A stretch of DNA of 64,000 nucleotides, taken from assembly GCA_964654855.1 (NCBI GenBank), contig CAZZJS010000005.1, positions 68,081 through 132,080 on the forward strand, given 5' to 3'. Under the pieces are notes generated by a model. The model saw only the letters and a program-made list of their open reading frames with translations, made no database searches and was not told the origin of the DNA. Source of the DNA: an uncultured Rickettsiales bacterium (GTDB lineage: Bacteria > Pseudomonadota > Alphaproteobacteria > Rickettsiales > JALZUV01). Positions 1-9,091 of the stretch are shown one piece after another. Position 1 is the stretch's first letter. Each line of letters begins with the position of its first letter. Position numbers and translations under genes: made by a program.

Positions 1-136
1 TTTCTACCATTTCACCTTCATAATGCTGCACAGTTTCATGATCGTGGTCATGGTCTGTTTCTGTTAATCCGGGGCCGTAAAAACGGATGAGAGTAGAAAC
101 AGCAAGAATGGCGAGAAGAATTTTAAACTTAAACAT
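1..136 (-). CDS. Small exported or membrane-anchored His/acidic-rich protein, truncated by the window edge (possibly DUF6746-like)
   Basis: Not in the ORF track. Manual translation from ATG at 136: MFKFKILLAILAVSTLIRFYGPGLTETDHDHDHETVQHYEGEMVE..., open to base 1, hydrophobic N-terminus, AGGA RBS upstream. Family guess is from memory only. Confidence 0.6.
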   Translation of the reverse strand, partial: MFKFKILLAILAVSTLIRFYGPGLTETDHDHDHETVQHYEGEMVE

Positions 137-148
137 GGTAATTCCTGT

Positions 149-167
149 AATTGATAATCACTCGCAT
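149..167 (-). promoter_or_regulatory. Putative Fur-type box upstream of the truncated gene
   Basis: AATTGATAATCACTCGCAT; 7-1-7 core TGATAAT-C-ACTCGCA resembles the Fur consensus TGATAAT-N-ATTATCA. Confidence 0.5.
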
Positions 168-209
168 CTATCTAGCTGATCTTAACGAAGATGCAAGTGG
201 TATTATGCT

Positions 210-1211
210 TTAATAAGCACGGTTGATGCAGAAATCGGTGATTTCTAGGAGAGCTTGCTTCTCGGGGCTATCGGGTAGAGTTGCAATTTGCTCGAGCGCT
301 TTATCGCAATATGCACGTGCGACACCTACTGTATGTTCTACCGCATCGTATTTTTTGAGAAGTTTGAGTGCTGTTAATAAATCAGCCTCTTCTTGTTCCT
401 GTTCGCCCATGGTGCGTTCCCAAAAGGCTTTTTCTTCCGTCGTTCCTTGGGAAAAGGCATGGATCACGGGCAGGGTAATTTTTCCATCGCGAAAATCATC
501 ACCAATGCTTTTGCCGAGGGCCTCTTGCTTGGCGCTATAGTCGAGGGCGTCATCCATCATTTGGAAAGCGATACCGAGATTCATGCCGAAACTACGCAAG
601 GGTGCTTCCCATTCATCGCGTTCGGTGACGACAGCGCCCAGCTCGCAAGCCGCCGCAAAAAGTGTCGCTGTTTTACCGGTAATCACTTCGAGATACTGAT
701 CTATTGTTGTTTCTAGTGCATTGGCGGTGGTGAGCTGTAATACCTCGCCTTGTGCGATAATGGCCGAAGCATCGGATAAAATTTTCAGTACTTTAAGTGA
801 ACCATCTGACACCATTAGTTGAAAGGCACGGCTTAATAGATAGTCGCCCACAAGCACACTGGCAGAGTTTCCCCAAACTTCATTGGCTGTATCTTCACCA
901 CGACGAAGGGCGGATTCATCTACTACATCATCATGCAGCAAGGTGGCCGTATGGATGAACTCAACGGCGGAAGCAAGCGCGATATGGCGATCACCATCAG
1001 CATAACCCATCATACGTGCCGAGAGTAAGGTGAGGGCAGGGCGCAAGCGTTTACCGCCCGAAAGTACCACATGGCGAATCATCTGTCCGATCAGCGGAAT
1101 ATCACTTTCCGCATAGGCGATAATCAGTTCATTAACGCGCTGAATATCCTCCGCCACGAGTGCACGTGTGTGAGCCAGTTCTTGTGGAGCGTTTGTAGCC
1201 GTTGCGATCAT
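210..1211 (-). CDS. ispB: Octaprenyl/decaprenyl diphosphate synthase
   Basis: GGKRLRP, FARM LLHDDVVD..LRRG, SARM FQMMDD, GDDFRDGKITLP; start moved to ATG 1211 to avoid overlap with the divergent gene. Confidence 0.93.
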   Translation of the reverse strand: MIATATNAPQELAHTRALVAEDIQRVNELIIAYAESDIPLIGQMIRHVVLSGGKRLRPALTLLSARMMGYADGDRHIALASAVEFIHTATLLHDDVVDESALRRGEDTANEVWGNSASVLVGDYLLSRAFQLMVSDGSLKVLKILSDASAIIAQGEVLQLTTANALETTIDQYLEVITGKTATLFAAACELGAVVTERDEWEAPLRSFGMNLGIAFQMMDDALDYSAKQEALGKSIGDDFRDGKITLPVIHAFSQGTTEEKAFWERTMGEQEQEEADLLTALKLLKKYDAVEHTVGVARAYCDKALEQIATLPDSPEKQALLEITDFCINRAY

Positions 1212-1261
1212 AGGGCGATTATCTATAGACTTCCGCCCTTTAAGGCAATAAATAAGGAAGT

Positions 1262-2131
1262 ATGAACCCAGCAAAACGTTGTATTGGCTTTTTATGTAAA
1301 GTCGCAGAACCGGTGCAGAGAAAAGTTATCTCACCTCCAGGAAATGTCGTCGTGATTCGCCTTGAAGGCGTGATTGGTCGAGGCGGACGCTTTAGCAAAG
1401 GGAGGCTTACAGCAGACACTTACGCGCCGCTTATCAAGAAAGCATTCTCAGTTGGCAATTTGAAGGCAGTAGTGGTGGTGATTAATTCACCCGGTGGCTC
1501 ACCTGTGCAATCGGCTCTGATTGCAAAAGAAATCCGCTATCAGGCGGATAAAAAAGAAGTCCCTGTTTTGAGCTTTATTGAAGATTGTGGTGCTTCCGGT
1601 GGTTATTGGCTTGCCTGCGCTGCAGATGAAGTATTTGCAATGGATGCTTCTATCGTTGGTAGTATCGGCGTGATCGCTGCTGGGTTTGGTTTCCAAGATT
1701 TAATTGCAAAGCACGGCATTGAGCGCCGCGTGCATACATCGGGCAAAAGCAAAGCCTTGCTTGATCCCTTCCAACCAGAAAAACCTGCTGATGTGAAGGT
1801 GCTTAAAGAAGCCCAAACTGATATTTATGAAGGCTTTGTTGATTACGTAAAAGAGCGTCGTGGCAAAAAGCTTAAAGGAACGGATGCGAAACTATTTTCT
1901 GGTACGATTTTCTCTGGTAAAAAAGCGCATGAACTTGGTTTGGTTGATGGGTTAAATGATTTCCGTTCAGAATGTCGAGATCGCTTTGGCGAGAAGGTAG
2001 AGTTCAAAACCCTCGTCATCGCCAAAGGCTTCCTAGAACGTAAAATGGGTATGCTATCTCCCAACGTGTGGGCAGATGCTGTGGTCGATGCCGTACAGCA
2101 CCGACTCAATCAGCTGAGATTGCTCTCATAA
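1262..2131 (+). CDS. S49 family peptidase (SppA/SohB-like)
   Basis: INSPGGSP, ASGGYWLA, IVGSIGV motifs. Confidence 0.9.
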   Translation: MNPAKRCIGFLCKVAEPVQRKVISPPGNVVVIRLEGVIGRGGRFSKGRLTADTYAPLIKKAFSVGNLKAVVVVINSPGGSPVQSALIAKEIRYQADKKEVPVLSFIEDCGASGGYWLACAADEVFAMDASIVGSIGVIAAGFGFQDLIAKHGIERRVHTSGKSKALLDPFQPEKPADVKVLKEAQTDIYEGFVDYVKERRGKKLKGTDAKLFSGTIFSGKKAHELGLVDGLNDFRSECRDRFGEKVEFKTLVIAKGFLERKMGMLSPNVWADAVVDAVQHRLNQLRLLS

Positions 2132-2135
2132 AATA

Positions 2136-2906
2136 CTAGTTAGCGCTGCTGCCAATATAGTTGAGAAAAAGAAGCGTACAGTCATTTTCATCGTTTGAAA
2201 GTAGGTATTCTGCCGTGGTATTGACGGAAGTGGTGTTGCAGCTTAAGGACTTTCGGGTGCGGATATTACCATAGGCTGGTCTTCCATCATCCAGTTTTAA
2301 ATCAATGTTTGAGCCTTCTCTAGGGCTTATAACGCCTCCAGACGAACCAACGGGCTTTGCCAATGATAATTCATTATTATAGTCGCCCTCCCACCAAGTT
2401 GCGTCAGCGTCTGAACGTGAACCATAACTAACAACAGCATAGAGCGCTCCATCTATACTGGCCGCGGGGCAAGCATCTTCAGAGCATACACGAGAATTGG
2501 CAGTGGCAGTCGCAGGAACCCCTGTGTAACGTCCTTCAATCAATTCTGAATTGACTAAATGTTGCCAGAATCTAAATATTTCAGAGCTGGTAGCAACGCC
2601 AAAATATTCAATCTTTCCATCACCATCCCCGTTGCATGTGGTTTTATCGGTGCTGGGGGTTGCTACCGTTCCGGGGCAGGTTGCGGCAGTTCCCCAATAG
2701 TCGGTGGCGTCGGGCATATCGCCAGGCAGCGAGGCATATTGGGTTTGGAAGGTATCTACTGCCGTTTTATATTTATTCAAATCAGCAATAATAGTCTGTA
2801 AATTGGCGTTGTGGAGTAAGTTTGCGCCTGCGGTGATTCCGCCAATAATCAATCCGATAATCGTTAATACGACGGCTAGTTCGAGCAATGTAAAACCTTT
2901 ATTCAT
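2136..2906 (-). CDS. Prepilin-type N-terminal cleavage/methylation protein (type IV pilin or pseudopilin-like)
   Basis: Class III signal MNKG|FTLLELAVVLTIIGLIIGGI; LPGD, CNGDGDG, FWQHL, IDLKLDDG motifs; paired Cys. Confidence 0.88.
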   Translation of the reverse strand: MNKGFTLLELAVVLTIIGLIIGGITAGANLLHNANLQTIIADLNKYKTAVDTFQTQYASLPGDMPDATDYWGTAATCPGTVATPSTDKTTCNGDGDGKIEYFGVATSSEIFRFWQHLVNSELIEGRYTGVPATATANSRVCSEDACPAASIDGALYAVVSYGSRSDADATWWEGDYNNELSLAKPVGSSGGVISPREGSNIDLKLDDGRPAYGNIRTRKSLSCNTTSVNTTAEYLLSNDENDCTLLFLNYIGSSAN

Positions 2907-2916
2907 AAGACTCTCT

Positions 2917-4026
2917 CTAGATTTTCTCTAAAACGGTGGCGATACCCATGCCGCCGCCAATACACATGCTTGATACGGCGTAGTTGCCGCCTTTATCATG
3001 CAGGAGTTGCGCGGCTTTACCGGTGATACGTGCACCTGAAGCGCCGAGCGGGTGGCCGAGAGCAATCGCGCCGCCATCAATATTGAGTTTATCGGCTGGA
3101 ATGTCTAACTCCGCTTGCACCGGAATGGCTTGTGCGGCGAAGGCTTCGTTAATTTCCCAAACGTCAATATCAGCGGCGTTCAAACCGGCACGCTCTAAAG
3201 CGAGCTTGCTGGCAGGGATGGGGCCGAGTCCCATAATTTCAGGTTCTAAGCCTGCAACTGCCATTGACTTGATACGTGCAAGTTTTGGCAAGCCCAGTTT
3301 ATCTGCAGCTTCTTCACTAGCGACGATAACGGCCGCAGCGCCATCTGTAAGTGGCGAGCTAGTGGCGGCAGTGACGCGCCCATCAGCGCGGAAGGCAGGG
3401 TTTAATGTCGCCATTTTCTCTATGGTGGAATCGCCGCGGATGCAGCCATCTTTGGTGACGCCGTTAACGGGAACGATCTCTTTGTTGAAATCCGCTGCAG
3501 CTGCTTTTTGATGGCTGGTAAGTGCAAATTGCTCCATCGCTTCGCGCGATACGTCTTTGAGCGTGGCAACTTCTTCTGCTGTTTCACCCATATTCATATA
3601 GGCTTCTGGGTAGCTTTCATAAAGTGCGGGATTTGGCATAGGATTAAACCCACCGATTGGAATACGCGTCATGCTTTCGACACCGATAGCGATGAAAACT
3701 TCACCGGCACCCGTAGCGATGCTACCTGCTGCCATATGGATGGCTTGCATCGAAGAGCCACACCACCGATTAACGGTGCTACCGCCGGTTTGTTTCTCGA
3801 GTTTACTGAGGAATACGAGTTGGCGGCCAAGGTTAAAACCTTGTTCTCCTTCAGGGAAAGCACAGCCGCAGATAACGTCTTCAACGAGTGCAGGATCTAA
3901 TCCTGTTTTTTCGAGTAAGCCATCAATCACTGCCGCGCCGATATCATCTGGGCGTGTTTCAATTAATTCGCCTTTATGGGCGGGGGTGAAAGGGGAGCGG
4001 GCATAGCCACAAATTACGGCACTCAT
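2917..4026 (-). CDS. Thiolase family acetyl-CoA C-acyltransferase
   Basis: VNRWCGSSMQA, NEAFA, GHPLGASG, MCIGGGMG. Confidence 0.93.
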   Translation of the reverse strand: MSAVICGYARSPFTPAHKGELIETRPDDIGAAVIDGLLEKTGLDPALVEDVICGCAFPEGEQGFNLGRQLVFLSKLEKQTGGSTVNRWCGSSMQAIHMAAGSIATGAGEVFIAIGVESMTRIPIGGFNPMPNPALYESYPEAYMNMGETAEEVATLKDVSREAMEQFALTSHQKAAAADFNKEIVPVNGVTKDGCIRGDSTIEKMATLNPAFRADGRVTAATSSPLTDGAAAVIVASEEAADKLGLPKLARIKSMAVAGLEPEIMGLGPIPASKLALERAGLNAADIDVWEINEAFAAQAIPVQAELDIPADKLNIDGGAIALGHPLGASGARITGKAAQLLHDKGGNYAVSSMCIGGGMGIATVLEKI

Positions 4027-4077
4027 AATCTATCCTGTCAGTTTGTATTTTCTCTATCTTGTATACTGTGCTGCTAA

Positions 4078-4094
4078 GGTTAAAAAATCTATAA
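4078..4094 (-). promoter_or_regulatory. Near-consensus CtrA box upstream of thiolase-prepilin unit
   Basis: Minus strand TTAT-N7-TTAACC versus CtrA consensus TTAA-N7-TTAAC. Confidence 0.35.
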
Positions 4095-4127
4095 AAAAAG
4101 GGGCGATATTTAATATCACCCCTTTTT
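4093..4127 (-). terminator. Rho-independent terminator after petC
   Basis: AAAAAAAGGGGCGATATT-T-AATATCACCCCTTTTT inverted repeat with A/T tails. Confidence 0.75.
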
Positions 4128-4151
4128 AATTTAATGCCTATGTAAGACTCG

Positions 4152-4991
4152 TTACTTGATGTCTTTCCAAACACGTTTCTTAGCGACGTAGAAGAAGCCA
4201 GTGAAGACGAGTAAGAAGAGTAGAACCTTTAAGCCCATACGTTTCCGGTCTTCCATTTCCGGCTCAGCAGCCCATTGAAGGAACGTGACCACATCTTTCG
4301 CCATTTGATCAATGCTAGCTTCAGTTTCATCTTCGTAAGAAACTCCGCCTTCAAATAAAGGGGATGCCATCGCAATTTGGCGACCTTCAAAATACGGATT
4401 ATAGAGCATGCCTTCACCCAGAGAGAAGCCTTCAGGGGCATCTTCATAACCGGTGAGCAGTGAGTGCAGGTAATTTGCACCATTGGGGCGCGCTTTGACC
4501 ATCAAGCTTAAGTCTGGAGGGAAAGCGCCGTTATTAGCAGCGCGTGCAGCATCCTCATTTGCAAAGGGGCTAGGGAAACGATCTGATGGTTTGCCGGAAC
4601 GTTCAATGGCTTCACCTTCGCTATCAAATGCCGCGTAGCTATATTCTTCGGCGAGAGATTTCACTTCTGCTTCAGAAAAACCCACTTCTTGCAAGTTGCG
4701 GAAAGCAATACGAGACAGGCCGTGGCAGGCTGAGCAAACTTCTTTATACACTTGAAAACCACGTTGAATTGCCGCGCGATCAAATGTACCGAAATGCCCA
4801 TCAAATGCCCAATTAACAGATTTAGCGTGACGTGCTGTTTTTGTTGCAGGTTTTTCGTCGCCCGCGCCATGCCCACCGCTGAACATAACGTAAGCAAGGC
4901 TTGCCACGATGACAAAGCCGATAAGCATTGCAATGCTTCGAAGTTTTCCGTTTATATTTTGCTGTTTTTTAGCCATTGTCTTTTCTCTCAA
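4152..4991 (-). CDS. petC: Cytochrome c1
   Basis: RGFQVYKEVCSACH heme motif, PPDLSL, C-terminal TM anchor; start may be the second Met at 4976. Confidence 0.95.
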   Translation of the reverse strand: MREKTMAKKQQNINGKLRSIAMLIGFVIVASLAYVMFSGGHGAGDEKPATKTARHAKSVNWAFDGHFGTFDRAAIQRGFQVYKEVCSACHGLSRIAFRNLQEVGFSEAEVKSLAEEYSYAAFDSEGEAIERSGKPSDRFPSPFANEDAARAANNGAFPPDLSLMVKARPNGANYLHSLLTGYEDAPEGFSLGEGMLYNPYFEGRQIAMASPLFEGGVSYEDETEASIDQMAKDVVTFLQWAAEPEMEDRKRMGLKVLLFLLVFTGFFYVAKKRVWKDIK

Positions 4992-6407
4992 TTATGCGCT
5001 TGCACGCTTACGTGTGATGACAGGTTTATTAATGCTATCAGGCAATGGTAGCGGTTTTTCGAAATAACTTACCAATGGCATGATCATGAGAAAATGCGCG
5101 AAGTAATAAGCGGTTCCGATGATAGAAAGTACTACATAAATGCCTTCTGCCGGTTTCGCACCGAGATAACCTAGTAGGATGCAATCTGCCACTAATACCC
5201 AGAAGAAGAGTCGGTAAACCGGACGGAAACGAGCGGAACGAACCTTGCTGAAATCTAACCACGGTAGGAAGAACATTACGATTAGCGCACCAAACATCGC
5301 AAGTACGCCACCGAGTTTTGATTCAATCACCGTTCCCGTAAAGAGCATGATAATGGCGAAAAGGATACCGCCTGTCATTAAGCCTCTTTTGCCGCCTTTA
5401 GTGAGTTCGATAGGAAGTTCAATGCCCATACGTTCAAGCATTTTAATGCCGAATGGAATTGCTGCAATACCTGCACCGATAAGCCAGAGTGGGATATCGA
5501 ATACGACCGCACGAAGGATTGCGTAGAAGGGTAGGAAATACCATTCAGGCACAATATGCGCGGGTGTAACAAGCGGGTTTGCTTCAATATAGTTATCCGC
5601 ATGGCCGAGGCTATTAGGAGAGAAGAATAAGAACCACGCAAATACAAGGAAGAAGATACCAAAACCGAACATATCTTTAACCGAATAATACGGGTGGAAT
5701 GGAATCGTATCTTTATCTGACTTTACATCAATACCGAGCGGGTTGTTTGACCCGTGCGCATTCAGCGCAAGGATGTGTAGCCCGACCACGCCAATCAGCA
5801 AGAATGGCGTTAGATAGTGAAGCGAGAAGAAGCGGTTAAGTGTTGGGTTATCGACTGAGAAACCACCCCAGAGTAGTTGTACGATACTCTCGCCGACCAA
5901 TGGGAAGGCGGAGAATAAATTGGTAATTACCGTTGCACCCCAGAAGCTCATTTGCCCCCATGGAAGCACGTAACCCATAAAGGCTGTCGCCATCATGAGG
6001 ATCAAAATAATCACACCCATCCACCACAGAACCTCACGTGGCCCTTTATAGGAGCCATAATAAAGCCCGCGGAAAATATGGATATAGACGACGATAAAGA
6101 ACATCGAAGCCCCCACTGCATGCATATAGCGGATTAACCAACCGTAATTCACATCACGCATGATACGTTCAACCGAATCAAATGCCATATCGACATGGGC
6201 GGTGTAATTCATCGCCAAGAAGATACCGGTCAAAATTTGCACCACGAGGCAAATGCCTGCCAGTGATCCGAAATTCCACATGTAATTTAGGTTTTTCGGC
6301 GTTGGGTGACGCGTTCCTACGACTTTATCTGCCGCATATAAAACCGGAAGACGTTCGTCGAACCAGCCAACCCAGCCCTTATAAGGAGATTTGTGATTTA
6401 GTGCCAT
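4992..6407 (-). CDS. petB: Cytochrome b
   Basis: [30 protein letters not shown]; long hydrophobic insertion after PEWY. Confidence 0.97.
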   Translation of the reverse strand: MALNHKSPYKGWVGWFDERLPVLYAADKVVGTRHPTPKNLNYMWNFGSLAGICLVVQILTGIFLAMNYTAHVDMAFDSVERIMRDVNYGWLIRYMHAVGASMFFIVVYIHIFRGLYYGSYKGPREVLWWMGVIILILMMATAFMGYVLPWGQMSFWGATVITNLFSAFPLVGESIVQLLWGGFSVDNPTLNRFFSLHYLTPFLLIGVVGLHILALNAHGSNNPLGIDVKSDKDTIPFHPYYSVKDMFGFGIFFLVFAWFLFFSPNSLGHADNYIEANPLVTPAHIVPEWYFLPFYAILRAVVFDIPLWLIGAGIAAIPFGIKMLERMGIELPIELTKGGKRGLMTGGILFAIIMLFTGTVIESKLGGVLAMFGALIVMFFLPWLDFSKVRSARFRPVYRLFFWVLVADCILLGYLGAKPAEGIYVVLSIIGTAYYFAHFLMIMPLVSYFEKPLPLPDSINKPVITRKRASA

Positions 6408-6413
6408 AAGTCT

Positions 6414-6965
6414 CTATCCGATTTTAATGCGTGTGTCGTTTAAGAAAGTATATTCTGGAATTGCCATATTTGTTGGCGCTGGGCCCTTACGAATACGGCC
6501 TGCTGTATCATAATGTGAACCGTGACATGGGCAGAACCAACCACCGAAATCACCTGCTTCGCCAAGAGGAACACAGCCTAGATGCGTACAAATACCCACC
6601 ATTACGAGCCATTGTTTTTTACCATCAGTGATGCGTTCTTCGTCGGTTTGCGGATCGGGTAGGTCAGCCATATCAGTGGCTTCAGCATCTGCAATTTCTT
6701 GTGCTGTACGGTGACGGATGAAAACAGGTTTTCCACGCCATTTAACGGTGATGCTTTGACCTTCAGCAATCGCGCCGAGGTCAACTTCCGTGGAAGCGAG
6801 TGCTAACGTGTCCGCCGCTGGGTTCATACTGTCGATGAATGGCCAGATGACGCTTGCGCCACCCACAGCTGTAAGAGCCGATGCGGTTAATACCATAAAG
6901 TCACGACGGGTTTCACCTTCGTGTTTTTTGCCAGAGTTTTTAGCGCTTGCGCTTTTTGTAGACAT
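6414..6965 (-). CDS. petA: Rieske iron-sulfur subunit of the bc1 complex
   Basis: Tat motif TRRDF, CTHLGC and CPCHGS. Confidence 0.97.
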   Translation of the reverse strand: MSTKSASAKNSGKKHEGETRRDFMVLTASALTAVGGASVIWPFIDSMNPAADTLALASTEVDLGAIAEGQSITVKWRGKPVFIRHRTAQEIADAEATDMADLPDPQTDEERITDGKKQWLVMVGICTHLGCVPLGEAGDFGGWFCPCHGSHYDTAGRIRKGPAPTNMAIPEYTFLNDTRIKIG

Positions 6966-7008
6966 GCTTCAATCCAGAATAGATTCATTTAATGGGGACA
7001 CTAATAGG

Positions 7009-7449
7009 ATGCAGCTTGCAGTTTTTCAACCGGATATTCCACAAAATCTCGGAACTTTGATACGTTTTTGCGCATGTATGGGGATGCCGTTGCATATTAT
7101 CGAGCCTTGTGGCTTCCCTTTGAATGAAAAAAAGATGCACCGCGCCGCGATGGATTATGCCGATAAAGCTGAGGTTATCCGCCATGTTGACTGGCATGAA
7201 TTCCAAAAAACAACGCTGGGATCACGCCTCATTTTGGCGACAACCAAGGCGGCTAAGCCCTATACAGAAATAAATTATAAAAAAGGCGATATTCTTATTA
7301 TGGGGCGTGAAAGTGCGGGTGTTCCTGATGAAGTTCACGCGGCTGCCGATGAAAGAGTGCTGATTGAAATGCATAATGAATGCCGTTCACTCAATATTGC
7401 GGTTTCCGCTTCAATGATTGCAGGCGAGATGATTCGGCAAGTGAGGTGA
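7009..7449 (+). CDS. trmL: tRNA (cytidine(34)-2'-O)-methyltransferase
   Basis: PDIPQNLG, IIEPCGF, GRESAGVP, RSLNIAVS SPOUT motifs; start placed at ATG 7009. Confidence 0.9.
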   Translation: MQLAVFQPDIPQNLGTLIRFCACMGMPLHIIEPCGFPLNEKKMHRAAMDYADKAEVIRHVDWHEFQKTTLGSRLILATTKAAKPYTEINYKKGDILIMGRESAGVPDEVHAAADERVLIEMHNECRSLNIAVSASMIAGEMIRQVR

Positions 7450-7454
7450 AATTT

Positions 7455-7763
7455 CTACCAGCCGTGGCCAATGCCGAAACGTCCGCCGCGACGGCCACCA
7501 AAACCGTAATCAATACCAAAGCTTGGTCGTAAATTACGTGCGCGGCGGTTAGCCTCAACATTATTCTTCCAATCTTGTGCGAGTTCTTTGCGGCATTCAG
7601 CCATAGCAGTCGTGCCATCTTTAAATCCAAGAACAAGGCATTCAGCCTTCATGCGTTCTAGCACTTCAGGGTGCAATGTACCATGTTCATAGTAATGGGC
7701 ATTATGCGGGTTTGTGCATGCTGCGAGCATAAGAAGGGCAAAAAGTGATAAAATCTGTTTCAT
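7455..7763 (-). CDS. Small lipoprotein with Gly/aromatic-rich C-terminus
   Basis: Lipobox MLAA|C, C-x13-C pair, tail FGIDYGFGGRRGGRFGIGHGW. Confidence 0.7.
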   Translation of the reverse strand: MKQILSLFALLMLAACTNPHNAHYYEHGTLHPEVLERMKAECLVLGFKDGTTAMAECRKELAQDWKNNVEANRRARNLRPSFGIDYGFGGRRGGRFGIGHGW

Positions 7764-7851
7764 AATGGCTTAAATCTAGCGCTTTTTTTGCTTGATTGCA
7801 AAGAGATTAAGCGTTAAACAACCGCCTCGAATAAAACATTAGGAGCGCGCC

Positions 7852-8100
7852 ATGAAAGAAGGCATCCACCCGAAATACGAAGAAATGACCGTTGTTATGA
7901 CTGACGGCACGAAGTTTAAAACACGTTCAACGCTTGGCCAAAAAGAGCTTCGCTTGGATATTGACCCTAAAACCCACCCAGCATGGGTAGGTGGCGTTCA
8001 CTTTAAGAAGACCGGTCAAATGGAGAAATTCAACAATAAGTTCTCTTTCCTTGGCAGCACGGGTTCTACGAAAAAAGAAGATAAAAAAGCCGCAGAATAA
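7852..8100 (+). CDS. rpmE: 50S ribosomal protein L31 (Cys-free type)
   Basis: MKEGIHPKY, TRST, LDIDPKTHPAW. Confidence 0.95.
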   Translation: MKEGIHPKYEEMTVVMTDGTKFKTRSTLGQKELRLDIDPKTHPAWVGGVHFKKTGQMEKFNNKFSFLGSTGSTKKEDKKAAE

Positions 8101-8120
8101 AAGTTTCTTATGCGGATACA

Positions 8121-8153
8121 AAAGAAGCATCGATTTATTCGGTGCTTTTTTTA
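8121..8153 (+). terminator. Terminator after rpmE
   Basis: AAGCATCGA-ttta-TTCGGTGCTT imperfect hairpin followed by a T run. Confidence 0.6.
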
Positions 8154-8210
8154 TGCGTGGCTGTTAGTTATTTGTATATTTGTATATAAGTAAGAAGTGG
8201 TTTCAGTTTG

Positions 8211-9047
8211 ATGTCAGATAAGGGAAAGTTGTTGGTGACTTTTTGGGGAGTGCGTGGATCAATCGCATGCCCAGGTGCTGATACGCTTAAATATGGTGGA
8301 AATACTTCTTGTGTCGAAGTGAATTGCGGCGATTTTAATCTCATTTTTGATGCAGGTACCGGCATGAGAACGCTTGGAGATAAGTTGGCTGGTAAAGAGC
8401 TTAACTATGATATTTTTATGAGCCATACCCATATTGACCATGTATCTGGTTTCCCCTTCTTTAAACCTGCTTATTCAGCGAAAAGTCGTTTGAAAATGTG
8501 GGCAGGGCATTTAAAGCCGCGTGGTCGTACGCTTAAAGGTGTGATGGAAACAGTGATGGATACACCGCTCTTTCCGATTGGTGTGGATGTTTTGGAGTCC
8601 ACCATTATTTGGACGGATTTTGAAGCGGGCGAAACGATTTTCTTGAGTGATGCTGTTACGCTTGAAACTGCGCCGCTGAATCATCCTGAAGGTGCGACAG
8701 GTTATCGTGTGAATTTTGATGGTAAAGCCGTATGCTATGTGACGGATACGGAGCATAAACTAGGCCAGTTGGACGAAAATATTTTGAAGCTCATTAAAGA
8801 TGCGGATCTTGTGATTTATGACTGTACCTATACAGATGATGAATATCTGACTTATACGGGTTGGGGGCATTCAACGTGGCAAGAAGGGGTGCGTTTATGT
8901 GACGCAGCTAATGCAAAGAAATTAGCCGTATTCCATCATGACCCAAGTCATACTGATGGTTTTATGGATGGCGTTGCCCGTGAGCTTGAAGAGATGCGTC
9001 CGGGTGGCGGTTTAGTCGCTCGTGAAGGTATGACGCTAGAGATATAA
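8211..9047 (+). CDS. MBL-fold metallo-hydrolase (phosphodiesterase-like)
   Basis: FWGVRGS, YGGNTSCV, SHTHIDH, TDTEH, GWGHST, FHHDP. Confidence 0.88.
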   Translation: MSDKGKLLVTFWGVRGSIACPGADTLKYGGNTSCVEVNCGDFNLIFDAGTGMRTLGDKLAGKELNYDIFMSHTHIDHVSGFPFFKPAYSAKSRLKMWAGHLKPRGRTLKGVMETVMDTPLFPIGVDVLESTIIWTDFEAGETIFLSDAVTLETAPLNHPEGATGYRVNFDGKAVCYVTDTEHKLGQLDENILKLIKDADLVIYDCTYTDDEYLTYTGWGHSTWQEGVRLCDAANAKKLAVFHHDPSHTDGFMDGVARELEEMRPGGGLVAREGMTLEI

Positions 9048-9091
9048 GCAATTTGCTTTACTAATTTTTCGTAATGGCGTTAGTTTGAACT

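Noticed and set aside
6790-7008. 73-aa N-terminal extension of TrmL
   Set aside because: Overlaps divergent petA on the opposite strand; TrmL similarity starts at ATG 7009.
7807-7817. TTAA-GCG-TTAA upstream of rpmE (and TTAA-N6-TTAG before ftsW) as CtrA sites
   Set aside because: Spacing is not N7.
7852-8100. Cys-free L31 as a zinc-starvation paralog
   Set aside because: Cys-free L31 is the usual form in alphaproteobacteria and no Zur box was evident.
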